A stretch of DNA of 63,398 nt, the filler included, from Lenisia limosa (lineage: Eukaryota; Protista; Breviatea): NCBI GenBank assembly GCA_001655205.1. It is 10 parts of 10 records of this genome, joined end to end, with 100 filler letters (N's around TTAATTAATTAA, not from the genome) between each part and the next. Parts side by side here need not be neighbours in the genome. Positions count along the whole stretch, not along the records: positions 30,631 to 33,405 come from LPNZ01006614.1; positions 33,506 to 34,564 come from LPNZ01002561.1; positions 34,665 to 36,368 come from LPNZ01006679.1; positions 36,469 to 37,733 come from LPNZ01010452.1; positions 37,834 to 46,983 come from LPNZ01000156.1; 5 more parts are not named here. The stretch is one strand, 5' to 3'. Under the pieces are notes generated by a model. It saw only the letters and a list, made by a program, of their open reading frames with translations, did no database searches and was not told where the DNA came from. Made by a program: the position numbers and the translations under genes. This document shows positions 30,845 through 42,213 of this stretch, piece after piece. The first letter of the stretch is position 1, and every line of letters starts with the position of its first letter.

Positions 30845-33015
30845 CTACATTGAGAAGTCTCGCGGCCGGACCGGCATGAATCGCGTCATCCAGCATCACA
30901 TAGTTCAGCATTATTGCAGCTAGATGACACACTGGGCGTTGCCATCCGAAGTGTTCCATTTGGATGTAGGGTGTGGGATTGGTATTGACTAAAAAAAGGT
31001 AATTNNNNNNNNNNNNNNNNNNNNNNNNNNNNNNNNNNNNNNNNNNNNNNNNNNNNNNNNNNNNNNNNNNNNNNNNNNNNNNNNNNNNNNNNNNNNNNNN
31101 NNNNNNNNNNNNNNNNNNNNNNNNNNNNNNNNNNNNNNNNNNNNNNNNNGGGGTGAGAAAAATTGGTTATTATATTGACAAAACTTGGATATTTTATATC
31201 TGGGGGTAGGGAGGAGGAAATCCTCTATGGCCTGCAAACAGAGCTGTAAATTGAAGTTGTCGGCGTGGTTGAAAGTGGTTTGGTACTGCTGCATCTGAAA
31301 CCGGACAGCGGGGGACGGGACGACCTGAAATAAAAATTATTCTACATATACATGTATGATATATAGATAAGAAAAAAACAACTTATTATAGGTATACTAT
31401 GCTCAAGGTCCAAATTTTACCTTGTGTATGTTCAAATATAGCACATCTAGCTATATCAATATGTACAAATAGTATATGTAATACATTTTTTTCAAAATAT
31501 GTATCTCCTCATATTCACATTACATCCACCCACCATGTTCTCAGTTCTGGAATTAACGCGCTGGTCAAATGGCAGCGATGCAAGGTCTAAGGCGGCTTCA
31601 CAACGCATAGTACTACCGTGAGCTACTATGTCGAGATACTCGTTTGCCGGTTGAACCTGAGGGGTAAAAATGGATAAAATTGGACAATATGTGACAGAAA
31701 ATAGTTAATTTTAAGTGGAACAAAAAAATAATTGTGGAGTTGGAGACCCCCCCCCCCCNNNNNNNNNNNNNNNNNNNNNNNNNNNNNNNNNNNNNNNNNN
31801 NNNNNNNNNNNNNNNNNNNNNNNNNNNNNNNNNNNNNNNNNNNNNNNNNNNNNNNNNNAACACATACACATATGTAAAATTCGCAAATAAAAAAAACAAC
31901 AATCAAACAACAAAAAACACACTCACACACACAAACAACCCTCCTCCACCCACTCTGATCTGGTTGATTTCCTCCAGGTCACAACTGGACAGGGCAGCAA
32001 CGAGCAAAAGCACCAGGCCGTGTTGACTCACAAACTCCTTCAGCGGGCTATTTGGATCATTCAAATGAAGGACCAGGGATTGGTGAAGGGAGAAAGCTGT
32101 CGGGGACTCGATGTCTTGGGGCTCAAGAAGGGCTGCTCGAAGGACCGCCACGAGGAACTGAAATGTAAAACGAGGGAAATTTATGATATAATATTAATAT
32201 TCATAATAATAATAATAAATAACCCAATTTAGTGAAATTTAATAGGAAGGGGGAGCAAGAGGGAAATTTCGACGATGGGGGGGTCAAATGAATGAAAATC
32301 ACACACACTAAAAAACAATATTTGTACCCCCCCCCCCCNNNNNNNNNNNNNNNNNNNNNNNNNNNNNNNNNNNNNNNNNNNNNNNNNNNNNNNNNNNNNN
32401 NNNNNNNNNNNNNNNNNNNNNNNNNNNNNNNNNNNNNNNNNNNNNNNNNNNNNNNNNNNNNNNNNNNNNNNNNNNNNNNNNNNNNNNNNNNNNNNNNNNN
32501 NNNAAACCGAATTGAAGTCAAGTGGGTTTTGATTTAACATGTTTCGTGAGTTAAGTGGCAAAATTTAGTCTTTGGGTCACAACGCTATTGTATGTATGTA
32601 ATGTGATATTTTGATGGAAGTATCTGTGATATTTCGATGAGGAATTGTGACCATGGAGGCAAAGCATCTCAAATCTTGGAGGGTGTCCAAAGTAATGGGA
32701 AGAGGAAATAGAAAAGAATACTTATAACGTGACGGTTACCAATGGCGGAAAAAGAACAGGCTCATATTTGGACAACAGAAAATAGTTACGGTATTAGTCC
32801 TCAAAGCCTATCACCTCGATTCTTGATGAAATGTGCTGGTACAATTTAGAAAATTGAATTCCTATTCCTTCTTCAACCCCCACGTTTTCGATCAGCCTGT
32901 CTGTCTCGGACCGGGCAACGCGGAAGAGCGTCAAACCAAATTCGGGGGTCTGAAGAGGGGTGATTTCGCTAACAAAAAACAAAGCTTGAATTAACTCTGG
33001 AGTGGGGTGAGAGGG
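30845..33015 (-). CDS. Fragment of an unidentified helical protein (at least 5 exons)
   Basis: AG/GT-bounded open exons: ELIQALFFVSEITPLQTPEFGLTLFRVARS (32820-33015), FLVAVLRAALLEPQ..EEINQIR (~31950-32157), VQPANEYLDIV..(~31535-31657), MEHFGWQRPVCHLAAIMLNYV (~30850-30960). Confidence 0.5.
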
Positions 33016-33659
33016 NNNNNNNNNNNNNNNNNNNNNNNNNNNNNNNNNNNNNNNNNNNNNNNNNNNNNNNNNNNNNNNNNNNNNNNNNNNNNNNNNNNNN
33101 NNNNNNNNNNNNNNNNNNNNNNNNNNNNNNNNNNNNNNNNNNNTTAAGCTCTCGTTTTGGGGGCGGGGGTAGGTGTAAAATAGGAGTAAGTTAAATGGAA
33201 AAATTATGTCCAAAAAGAATGTAAACAACCAATATTATCCCCCCATCCCCCCAATATCATCGATATATCATTGTCATCATTATACCCATCCCACGTCAAT
33301 ACTAAATTCGAAACTCAAAACGGCGTTCAAACTGCGGAGGGACTAAAGTGTCAGAGAAAACTGATCATATTATATAGATAGAGGGATATAGATAAATGGG
33401 GGGGGNNNNNNNNNNNNNNNNNNNNNNNNNNNNNNNNNNNNNNNNNNNNTTAATTAATTAANNNNNNNNNNNNNNNNNNNNNNNNNNNNNNNNNNNNNNN
33501 NNNNNTCTTGGACGTTGTGCAATTAATTGAAAAATTAATTGCAAAATTTGAACTGCGACATATTGTACTCAATTTTAGACACTTTAGTTACAAATTTTGT
33601 CAATTAATTTCCTCAAAAATTTAATTGCAGGGAGTCGTGGTAACATCCATAACGCTTAC

Positions 33660-34551
33660 CAGGAAGAGGGAAGCCCTTCTTGAGATAGGCGTTAGCAATG
33701 GGGATAAGACCCTTATCAACCAAAACCTCAGCAAGGTCCTAAAGTGTCACAGTATGCACAGGGCTTTACTACTCTGGCTCAAAAAGGATTAATAAAGTGT
33801 CGAAATATAAAGATTGTCGAGAAATTCCGTTTTTTTCGAACCGAAGTGAAGCACCACTTTGACATCATCTCAGATAGTATAAATGAGAAATCAAAATTGT
33901 CATTGATAGAGCTTCCTTACAGTCCCAAAAAAGACTGAATTTCTTGATAGATCGTCGATAAATACATATTTTACAGGTCTTTTTTCGGATCCCTAGTCAT
34001 GTTCATCACAGTGTGAATTTTACTTTCCAGAACATGACAGCGGGGAAATGAATAAAGAGAATCAGGGTATGTATGAATATGTATGTGTATACATGTGGAC
34101 ACAACACCCCCTCACATCAAAGAGCTGAGCGGAGATATCGCCAATGATACTACGAACAACCTGGAAAGTCAGGATATTATAAAAAGGCTAACAAACAAAA
34201 AAAAAAAAAATGCCGATATTATAACCAGGGCTTCCTTGAGGCCCGAAAAAGCGATAAAATATCGATATTTATGGAGAATTTATCGATAAATTCGCTCTGA
34301 GCAGAGGAAGCGTGCTTCTACTCAGAGCTAATTTCCATACAAACAATAGATATAACAATCAAAATAAAAACACCAGAATCAAATCTGCCAATAGCCCTTG
34401 TACTAAGGTCGGGCCCTAGCTACCTAGCTACGACTAGATTCGTGACACTGGTCCAAGAACCTATATGCCCCCCGACCTTCAAGTTGAGATGCAAGCGGCT
34501 GACGGAGCCAATCAAGTGGGGAATACCGTTCTCCATAGTCTCAAGCTCAGC
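33660..34551 (-). CDS. BPI/LBP-family lipid-binding protein, C-terminal fragment
   Basis: Three exons: AELETMENGIPHLIGSVSRLHLNLK, VVRSIIGDISAQLFD and DLAEVLVDKGLIPIANAYLKKGFPLP. The last matches the BPI/LBP hallmark 'LP..N..L.KGFPLP'. Confidence 0.7.
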
Positions 34552-35041
34552 CTGGGGGGAGGTANNNNNNNNNNNNNNNNNNNNNNNNNNNNNNNNNNNN
34601 NNNNNNNNTTAATTAATTAANNNNNNNNNNNNNNNNNNNNNNNNNNNNNNNNNNNNNNNNNNNNGCATTCTTTCGTTGATCTGTTTATAGGCAGGGTATA
34701 TTATATACATATGTAGTATATAGGTCTTCACTTCGGTTCGAAAAATGACTGAATTTCTCGATAAATCCTCGAAAACTCTCGATATTTTGAACCGAAAAGC
34801 CTGAGTTGTATATAGCAAACCCCCCTGCCATCTTCTTGGAAATACCTCACCTTAGATATCTTAGGTAACTCAGATAGTCCCCTTTTGAAATATTATGTAC
34901 AACCCTCCCCCCCCCCCNNNNNNNNNNNNNNNNNNNNNNNNNNNNNNNNNNNNNNNNNNNNNNNNNNNNNNNNNNNNNNNNNNNNNNNNNNNNNNNNNNN
35001 NNNNNNNNNNNNNNNNNNNNNNNNNNNNNNNNNNNNNNNNN

Positions 35042-36071
35042 GAGGATGCCATGGCCTCGGTTGTGGGTGTGGGCTGAGGGTGGGGGATTAAAAGAAAGAA
35101 ATTTCGATGAAGAATATTGCCGTAAAGGTACTAATCGCGAACCAGGGGTTATATATGTACATATAATGGGGGGTATATCCTATGATATACTAACACAAAC
35201 AATAAACGTTGAAGCAAGGTTTCAATTATGAAAACTGCCTCGGACAGCAGATTAATTATCGAAGAATAGTTGGAGCGAGTTACTACTATTCCATTTTGTA
35301 TTAGCGACTCTTTTTTGAGAAACGAGTAGATTCACGTTCGATATGACGTGCAATTAAGAATACAGTGCTTCGAATATCTGAAACAACTTTCCCGTTTGAA
35401 ACCCTGCTTTAATGGTGGAGGTGCATATGTATTTGTTTCCCTAGATTTCTAATGTATTATATCATATTATTTCTCTTGTTCAAAAAAAGGAGCTCCATCA
35501 ATATTGTCAAAAGCCCCTCTCCAACCTTCAGAGCAAAGCCCCTCTCCCAACCTTCTGCGCAAGGAAGCGCTGTTCGTCAAAGAGNNNNNNNNNNNNNNNN
35601 NNNNNNNNNNNNNNNNNNNNNNNNNNNNNNNNNNNNNNNNNNNNNNNNNNNNNNNNNNCCTTAGCAGTTTCGCCTGGAATTGGGTAAACTTGGGTATTTT
35701 GTTGCAATTGAGGGTATTTTGGGTAAAAATGGGAATTAGGAGTGAAAGATGGATGTTTTGTGTGATATTGGGCAAAGTTTGCGGGTAATTTGGGCGTGAT
35801 TGGGGTATGGGTTATATTATAAGGGGGAGACGGATATTGGGTATTTAATGTACATTGACCACAACTGGTTCAGACATGGGTATTGAGCTTTATCTCTAGG
35901 CAATCGTGTCAGGACTTATCACGGTCACTGTACAACCTACGGATAAGTCCTGACATATCTTTAGTCCATAATCTCAGGGTTTTCCTCTGTGTTATTTCCC
36001 ATTTTTACTGTATCATTTCTTGCTCAACAACCCCCACCTGAGAGCATCACACAATCGGCACCATCGAGTAC
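35042..36071 (-). CDS. PYK: Pyruvate kinase, internal fragment
   Basis: 34-nt exon 36038-36071 (VLDGADCVMLSG) splices in phase to the exon starting ~35673 (GETAKG). It is followed by LFDEQRFLAQK (~35555-35584) and PTPTTEAMAS (from 35073). This is the pyruvate kinase signature LDG.D..MLSGETAKG. Confidence 0.9.
35074..35145 (-). mobile_element. Repeat family A copy at a pyruvate kinase 3' splice site
   Basis: The minus strand reads GTTCGCGATTAGTACCTTTACGGCAATATTCTTCATCGAAATTTCTTTCTTTTAATCCCCCACCCTCAG, then the exon begins at 35073. Confidence 0.7.
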
Positions 36072-36468
36072 CTAAAATGTATGTAAATAATAATAATAAT
36101 AATAATAATTAATAATTTATAATAATGCATACATACAACATCTGCGTGACTCCCCACCGTACATAATATATAGCAATGGGATATAAAAAATAGGATGTAT
36201 CTGGTTGACCGAAGCCATCCATACTTGATAATAAAACAATAATGATAATTTTATAATAAAATAATAATTTGTCTAAAAATAATAAAAAAAAAACTCAAAA
36301 CTTGGGCTTTTTATTGAGATGAATAGAGCCACACACCCCTCATGTATGATTACGACATATACCTCCCTNNNNNNNNNNNNNNNNNNNNNNNNNNNNNNNN
36401 NNNNNNNNNNNNTTAATTAATTAANNNNNNNNNNNNNNNNNNNNNNNNNNNNNNNNNNNNNNNNNNNN

Positions 36469-37110
36469 TGGGGAGAATGGGAAGGCCCAACACAGTGAGA
36501 TCAAACAGATCCTCCTCTCTTTGAAGGGATGTTTTGCAAAAATGCTTCCCTCTTCGGATGCAACCTTCCAATGCAATGCAGTGTTCATCGATAATACGTT
36601 TCAAGGTACAGAGCCAGCATCGGTTTGTACCTCCATGGATCTGCTCTTCAAGATGCCTCCGAATAGCACGAGTTATGAAGCATATCTCTGAGTCGCTAGA
36701 CGTTTGATTTATTATTTTTTAACAACAGAATTCAAATCCCGAAGAGAACCTGATTGCAATGTTGCTGTTCTTCGAATCAGCATCCATGTTCTTCATCTAT
36801 TCTCAATTGCATTATGTTGACTCAGGCTTTCTCAGAAACTCCATCACACTCCTCAATAAGGTTCTTCACATGTGCAAAAAAGAACTTCTTTCACAACTTT
36901 TGTATTTTCTTTTTCTAATCTCCCCCCCCCCCCNNNNNNNNNNNNNNNNNNNNNNNNNNNNNNNNNNNNNNNNNNNNNNNNNNNNNNNNNNNNNNNNNNN
37001 NNNNNNNNNNNNNNNNNNNNNNNNNNNNNNNTCTTGCATGCACTCTTGACGACAATATGCTGGTTTACGCACCCTTGGTTGACAAGACAACGCTTATCCA
37101 TTCCGTGTTA
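36469..37110 (-). CDS. Fragment of an unidentified protein
   Basis: Open frame 36469-36700 (SDSEICFITRAIRRHLEEQ..LGLPILP) joins in phase to an upstream exon (MKNMDADSKNSNIAI); no family recognised. Confidence 0.35.
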
Positions 37111-37928
37111 AATATAGCATTTCATCAATAATCTCTGGGTTGTGAAAACAGACGATTGTTCAATTATGCTAATTCCAAACCGAAAGTAGGTGATTGGGGG
37201 AGGGGGGGATGATTGATGACGAATTCGTTGTGTGTTGATATTAGAGCTCTCTTTTTAGATCTAGTGGGGGATGCCTTGTTTTGATTTTGCTACTCTCTTA
37301 TTGTTTATTAATAATTGTGTCTCCTTTTGGCGTAGTCAAGGAGTTTATCTAATTGTCTTACCCAAGATTTAAAAAATGAGAATGTGTTTTAGGTTTCAAA
37401 TTGTCTTTTACTTTTGCAACCCCCCCCCCCCTNNNNNNNNNNNNNNNNNNNNNNNNNNNNNNNNNNNNNNNNNNNNNNNNNNNNNNNNNNNNNNNNNNNN
37501 NNNNNNNNNNNNNNNNNNNNNNNNNNNNNNNNNNNNNNNNNNNNNNNNNNNNNNNCGCCCTACTTTTCACTCAAGCGGTATGAAAGGAGGAGGTATCCAT
37601 TCTTCGTCTACCCCATCCAAACTGCTGGCAAATATATTATTAACATCAAATAGTGATAGATTTTTGGACTTGACCATCACCAATGATCAAGGGGCTTTTT
37701 CATGTGTTTTCTTTTGTTGTGGGGGGGGGGGGGNNNNNNNNNNNNNNNNNNNNNNNNNNNNNNNNNNNNNNNNNNNNTTAATTAATTAANNNNNNNNNNN
37801 NNNNNNNNNNNNNNNNNNNNNNNNNNNNNNNNNAGCCATGGCAACAACGGCTCTTTAATATCCGTGTTTTAAGATCAATCTCTGCTATTTTTGTTGTTCG
37901 CTGTTGGGGTTCGTTATCACCTGTCTAG

Positions 37929-39547
37929 CCCGGTGTCGCTTGAGGAGACAATAATCCAAGAAGATGCAAAGCTTAGGGACGCCCGGAAAGCCATTAAACA
38001 GTACAAAAAGGTAGGCTGTTGTTGAGCTTTTGTTTTTTGCTTCACATCTGATCCTTTCACAATGTTGGGTCTCTCAAAGAACGTCATGTCTCACAACAAT
38101 AGGATATTAAGCAAAGGCATGAAGCTCTTGAGGCGGACCGAAGGAAGTGGAAAAGTGACATGCGGCAACTGGGGGAGGTGGGCGGCGGAGTGGGCATATC
38201 CTAGATCACTCAGTAGTATCGTATGGTGATGTGTTATCGGGGTGAATGAAACGTCTCGCCCAAACCCTGCAAAACTCAGCATTCAGGTCCAAGGCCACGA
38301 AGCAAACAGGCTCAAGGGTCTCATGGGAGAGGTCAAGGATTCGTTGGAGACCCAGGCTCAGAGACTCAACAAGGATATTAGAATGGTACGGCTTTTTTGG
38401 GCTGTGTTTGTTGTTAAATTTTCGGCTCGCTTCATCGATTTGAACCTGATTTTCTTCCATGGTTCTCATCCTCAGGTGAATCAATCGCAAAAGTGGCTCA
38501 GTTTAACTGAAAGAAGACTGAAGCTGCTCCAAACTAGCAGCTCAGAAGATATCGATAATGTGGGTGGACTTTCTGGTTCATTTTATGGGCAAATGAATGG
38601 GGCATGGGAAGGGCTATCTATCATTTAGTTACGTCTGGTAACCTATCTTTCAGGTGTTTGATGAGCGTATTCCAACACGATTAATGGCCTCATTGGAGAC
38701 GGTGGAAGAGGAGTTGCGCAATGTAGTGGACGCACTGCGCCACAACAACGAAGAGGTGCGTTTTTGATAGTAGATTCTCTGGGTATTCCAAGAGGGCATC
38801 AACTCAAGCAGAAACAGAATATTGACATGTTCGGAGTGCAAAACACATAATATAAGTAATATACATACTAAGATTGCCAACACCACTCTCGCGAACATCT
38901 TGTCTTCAACTCTGACATGGCAGAAACCCCGACACCTTGTCACAGACGATGTACAGCGGCGATGGAACGCCACTCTCCAAGATGGCGGTAACGCAAGACG
39001 GAGCCTTCATGAGTGGCATGATGAGCTGTGTCGATGGTCCGACAACAGGTGAGAATGCTGTTTGGAGGGGACATCTTACAAACGCGCGCGCGCACGTGCA
39101 CACACACTCTTGTTTTTGAAAATGACAAAGCTAACCCCTCCATAGGCAGCATGCAAGTGCGCTGATCACCAGGCACAAGAAGTGGCTTAACTCCTTTAAA
39201 TCGTCTCTGGAAAGCCAAAGACGGTGGGGGGGGGGGTCTTCNNNNNNNNNNNNNNNNNNNNNNNNNNNNNNNNNNNNNNNNNNNNNNNNNNNNNNNNNNN
39301 NNNNNNNNNNNNNNNNNNNNNNNNNNNNNNNNNNNNNNNNNNNNNNNNNNNNGTGATAGAAGGAGGGAGTGTTTGGTATAACCGGGACGGGAGGTATGCA
39401 GATGCGAGGCAATGTATGTCTTGTGAAAACGCAATAATATATCTTATCAGCGTGTGGGTTGCTACTTTACATCACATTTCGCCTACTTACTCTACCCTAC
39501 CTACTAGGTATGGCACTGGAGAGCATCACTCTCGAAAGTTCTATTGA
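37929..39547 (+). CDS. Coiled-coil protein of unknown function, 5' incomplete
   Basis: Consecutive phase-compatible exons: PVSLEETIIQEDAKLRDARKAIKQYKK / DIKQRHEALEADRRKW / VQGHEANRLKG / VNQSQKWLSLTERRL / VFDERIPTRLMASLETVEEEL / ..RYGTGEHHSRKFY*. Confidence 0.65.
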
Positions 39548-39636
39548 GATGCAAGGTTTAATAATTGGTTCGTTGTGTAGTGTTTTCCTATTGTGCAGTA
39601 TTTGTGGTTGTAATATATTTGACTTTGAAGCGGATT

Positions 39637-41685
39637 TCAAAAAAAGGGTCTCCATCTGCCACACTTGTAATTATTCGGAAGGCCTGACAGGTACAGAAAT
39701 ACCCGAAAAACGCCAACAGTCCGAAGCTATCCAAAAAAAGTACCAATTGAATCGAGGGCAAAATAACATCAAGGAAAACAAGAAAGGAGGGGAAAAAAAT
39801 AAAACATAATCACTACAGCAAAAAACTAAGAAAAAACAGACAAAAAGAAAATAATTAGAGAGCTTGAGAAGGGAAGGCTTGGGGGGAAGGCAAGATACCA
39901 TCAACGGAGTACTGGGCAAAGACGTCGTTCGAGAAATCGCCAGCTGAGGGTCCATTTTCAACAATGCGTCTCCATCTGTGGGGTTAGCACAAAGATCTTA
40001 GTTTTCAGCAAGCATGGAAAGGAGACAAAGTTGAGTTAGTACACAATTTCAGTGAAGAGAGCATACCTGAGAATGATGGCAACGTCATCCACTCCGGCGG
40101 CGCCAGCTAATAAGTTGTAGCGGTCTGGCTTGAATTGCCGCTTGGCTGTAAAAAATGAGCGGTAAAAATGTGAAACAGTCGCAACAGCAAACAGCGCTGC
40201 TTAGTACAAAGTTGGACAGAGGTGTCAAGGAAAGCTCTCCTTACTTTGATGGCAATAAGGAGACACTTGTAAACAATATGAGTAATAGAGGACAATATGA
40301 GAAAAGGGAGGACAAATTTCCTTTGAAACTGGAGATTATTGCTAATAATCCTCAGCACCCTTTGCTTACGTGAAGCACTGGTCTTGAGCAAGCGTGCTAC
40401 TGCAGCCTCACCCTGGTTCATCGTACTGGCTGGAATAGCGCGAATGTTCAGTTCATCCCCAGGTTTGATGTGCTACACTGTGAAAAATGGATGTACTCAA
40501 ATTCAAAAGTAATACGGATGAGACAGCCGCTAGACCCACGTTTTGCATGATGAAAGAGTTGAGGTCGTCCTTGGTGAGCATGCGAACCATGTTAATGTGT
40601 GTGATCACGTCTCCAATGTGTCCTCCAGCCTTGTCATAGGGCTTGCCTGATCGGTCACTTTCGTGGGGTTTCGTTTATTTCAGAAGGTTATTCCAAAACA
40701 GAAAATATCAATATCACAGCACTGAAGTCCTTATGTCGGAAGAGATATCAATCTTACATACCACCAAAAAAAAAATAACAAAAAAAAAAAAAAAAANNNN
40801 NNNNNNNNNNNNNNNNNNNNNNNNNNNNNNNNNNNNNNNNNNNNNNNNNNNNNNNNNNNNNNNNNNNNNNNNNNNNNNNNNNNNNNNNTTAATCAGAGTA
40901 GTCATACCTGGTCCGGAATGGAGAACCTTGAGGCCTTCTGGTTTGGTGTTGTTGGCGCAAACAGACAGTCCAAAAACAGGCGGTCTAGATTGTGACAAAA
41001 ATGCTGGCAAAAGGATGTCAATCGTGTACGGAAATATTTCATAACGACAATATACATGCATAGCTATATATGTAAATAGCTATACATATACAATATACTA
41101 AATGTATTTGTTCTAGTGTATACAAAATATTATAGTATACAGTATAAATAATAGAATATGATATACTACATATAGGTTGGTGTTTAAAACCGCGAACATG
41201 ATTAAAACCGCGAACATGATTAAAACCGCGAACAAAAAAGGAGGCTTTTCTTTCATTTTTCGACCCAATACGCTCCTTATTTACCCCTCTTTCGCTTTGT
41301 TTAAAAATTATCGCCTGAAACACTCATTTTATACAGGGTTTTATTCAAAAGCATAGAAGGGGTACCTGTACATGCAAGATACCATCGTCATGACACTTCA
41401 ATATTATGCAAAATACATCAAAAACATGGATTATGGGCCTAAAATCGTCCCTGTGATAAAGCAAAGACGTTCTTGCATCAACACTTTTGACTTTCACCAC
41501 TCTCGAGCAACCTAGTAGCATATAAGAAGAGAAAACGAGACAAATTGGGCAAAAATGAGCGTAAATTTAACAAAAAATAGGCGAAAATATGATAGAAGAT
41601 GTTAATAAAACAAGCTAATTTGACTCTCACCTTCTGTGCCGTTCCAGAACGTTAAATGGGATACTGATCCAGCATATACTTTCAT
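39637..41685 (-). CDS. PDZ-domain protein (HtrA/DegP-like PDZ)
   Basis: Exons join as FGLSV..GLKVLHSGPG-KPYDKAGGHIGDVITHINMVRMLTKDDLNSFIMQN-HIKPGDELNIRAIP (~40380-40985). Last exon GLPNNYKCGRWRPFF* stops at 39637-39639. The start near 41685 is tentative. Confidence 0.55.
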
Positions 41686-42142
41686 CAGGAGTTTATTTCG
41701 TCCATTGACTCCATTATATAGGTTGAACAAGGAAAATTCTTGAAAAAACCGTTACAAAAGTTTATTCAAATATCTCAAAACCCCTACATTTTCTCCAAAA
41801 ATGGACTTCAGATTCGAATTCTCCTTAAAAATCTGCGTTTCTATGGTGGGGGCACTTTATTATGCTCAAAATGCTACTATTCTGAAAGAGGGGGTTTCAA
41901 AAAAAAAAATTTGGCGTAAAGGAAACTGGGTCACCCCGGCCGGGTTCGATTCTGATCAAAAGATCATTTTTTTCGATTTTTTTATCTTCTCTTTTTCTTC
42001 TTTTTGGTCAAAATTGCTTTGTTTTGATGTTATTGAGAGTCTAGTGCTCAAAACTGCCGAATTTCACACTAAAAAGGGTGTTATTGAAGCGATTTATGTC
42101 GATTTTTGGCTTGTTCGCGGTTTTAATCATGTTCGCGGTTTT
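41185..42142. repeat. 18-bp tandem repeat present in inverted orientation ~0.9 kb apart
   Basis: TAAAACCGCGAACATGAT x2.7 at 41185-41233; its reverse complement x1.7 at 42113-42142. Confidence 0.85.
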
Positions 42143-42213
42143 GACCATATATATATAGTAGTATATCGACATATACAAATGTACTATGTAAATGTATAAA
42201 TAGCCAAGATGAT

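Noticed and set aside
41100-42200. A single intact ~1-kb MITE
   Set aside because: No clean terminal inverted repeats or target duplication were found, and the interior contains plausible spliced exons; kept only as an inverted-repeat observation.
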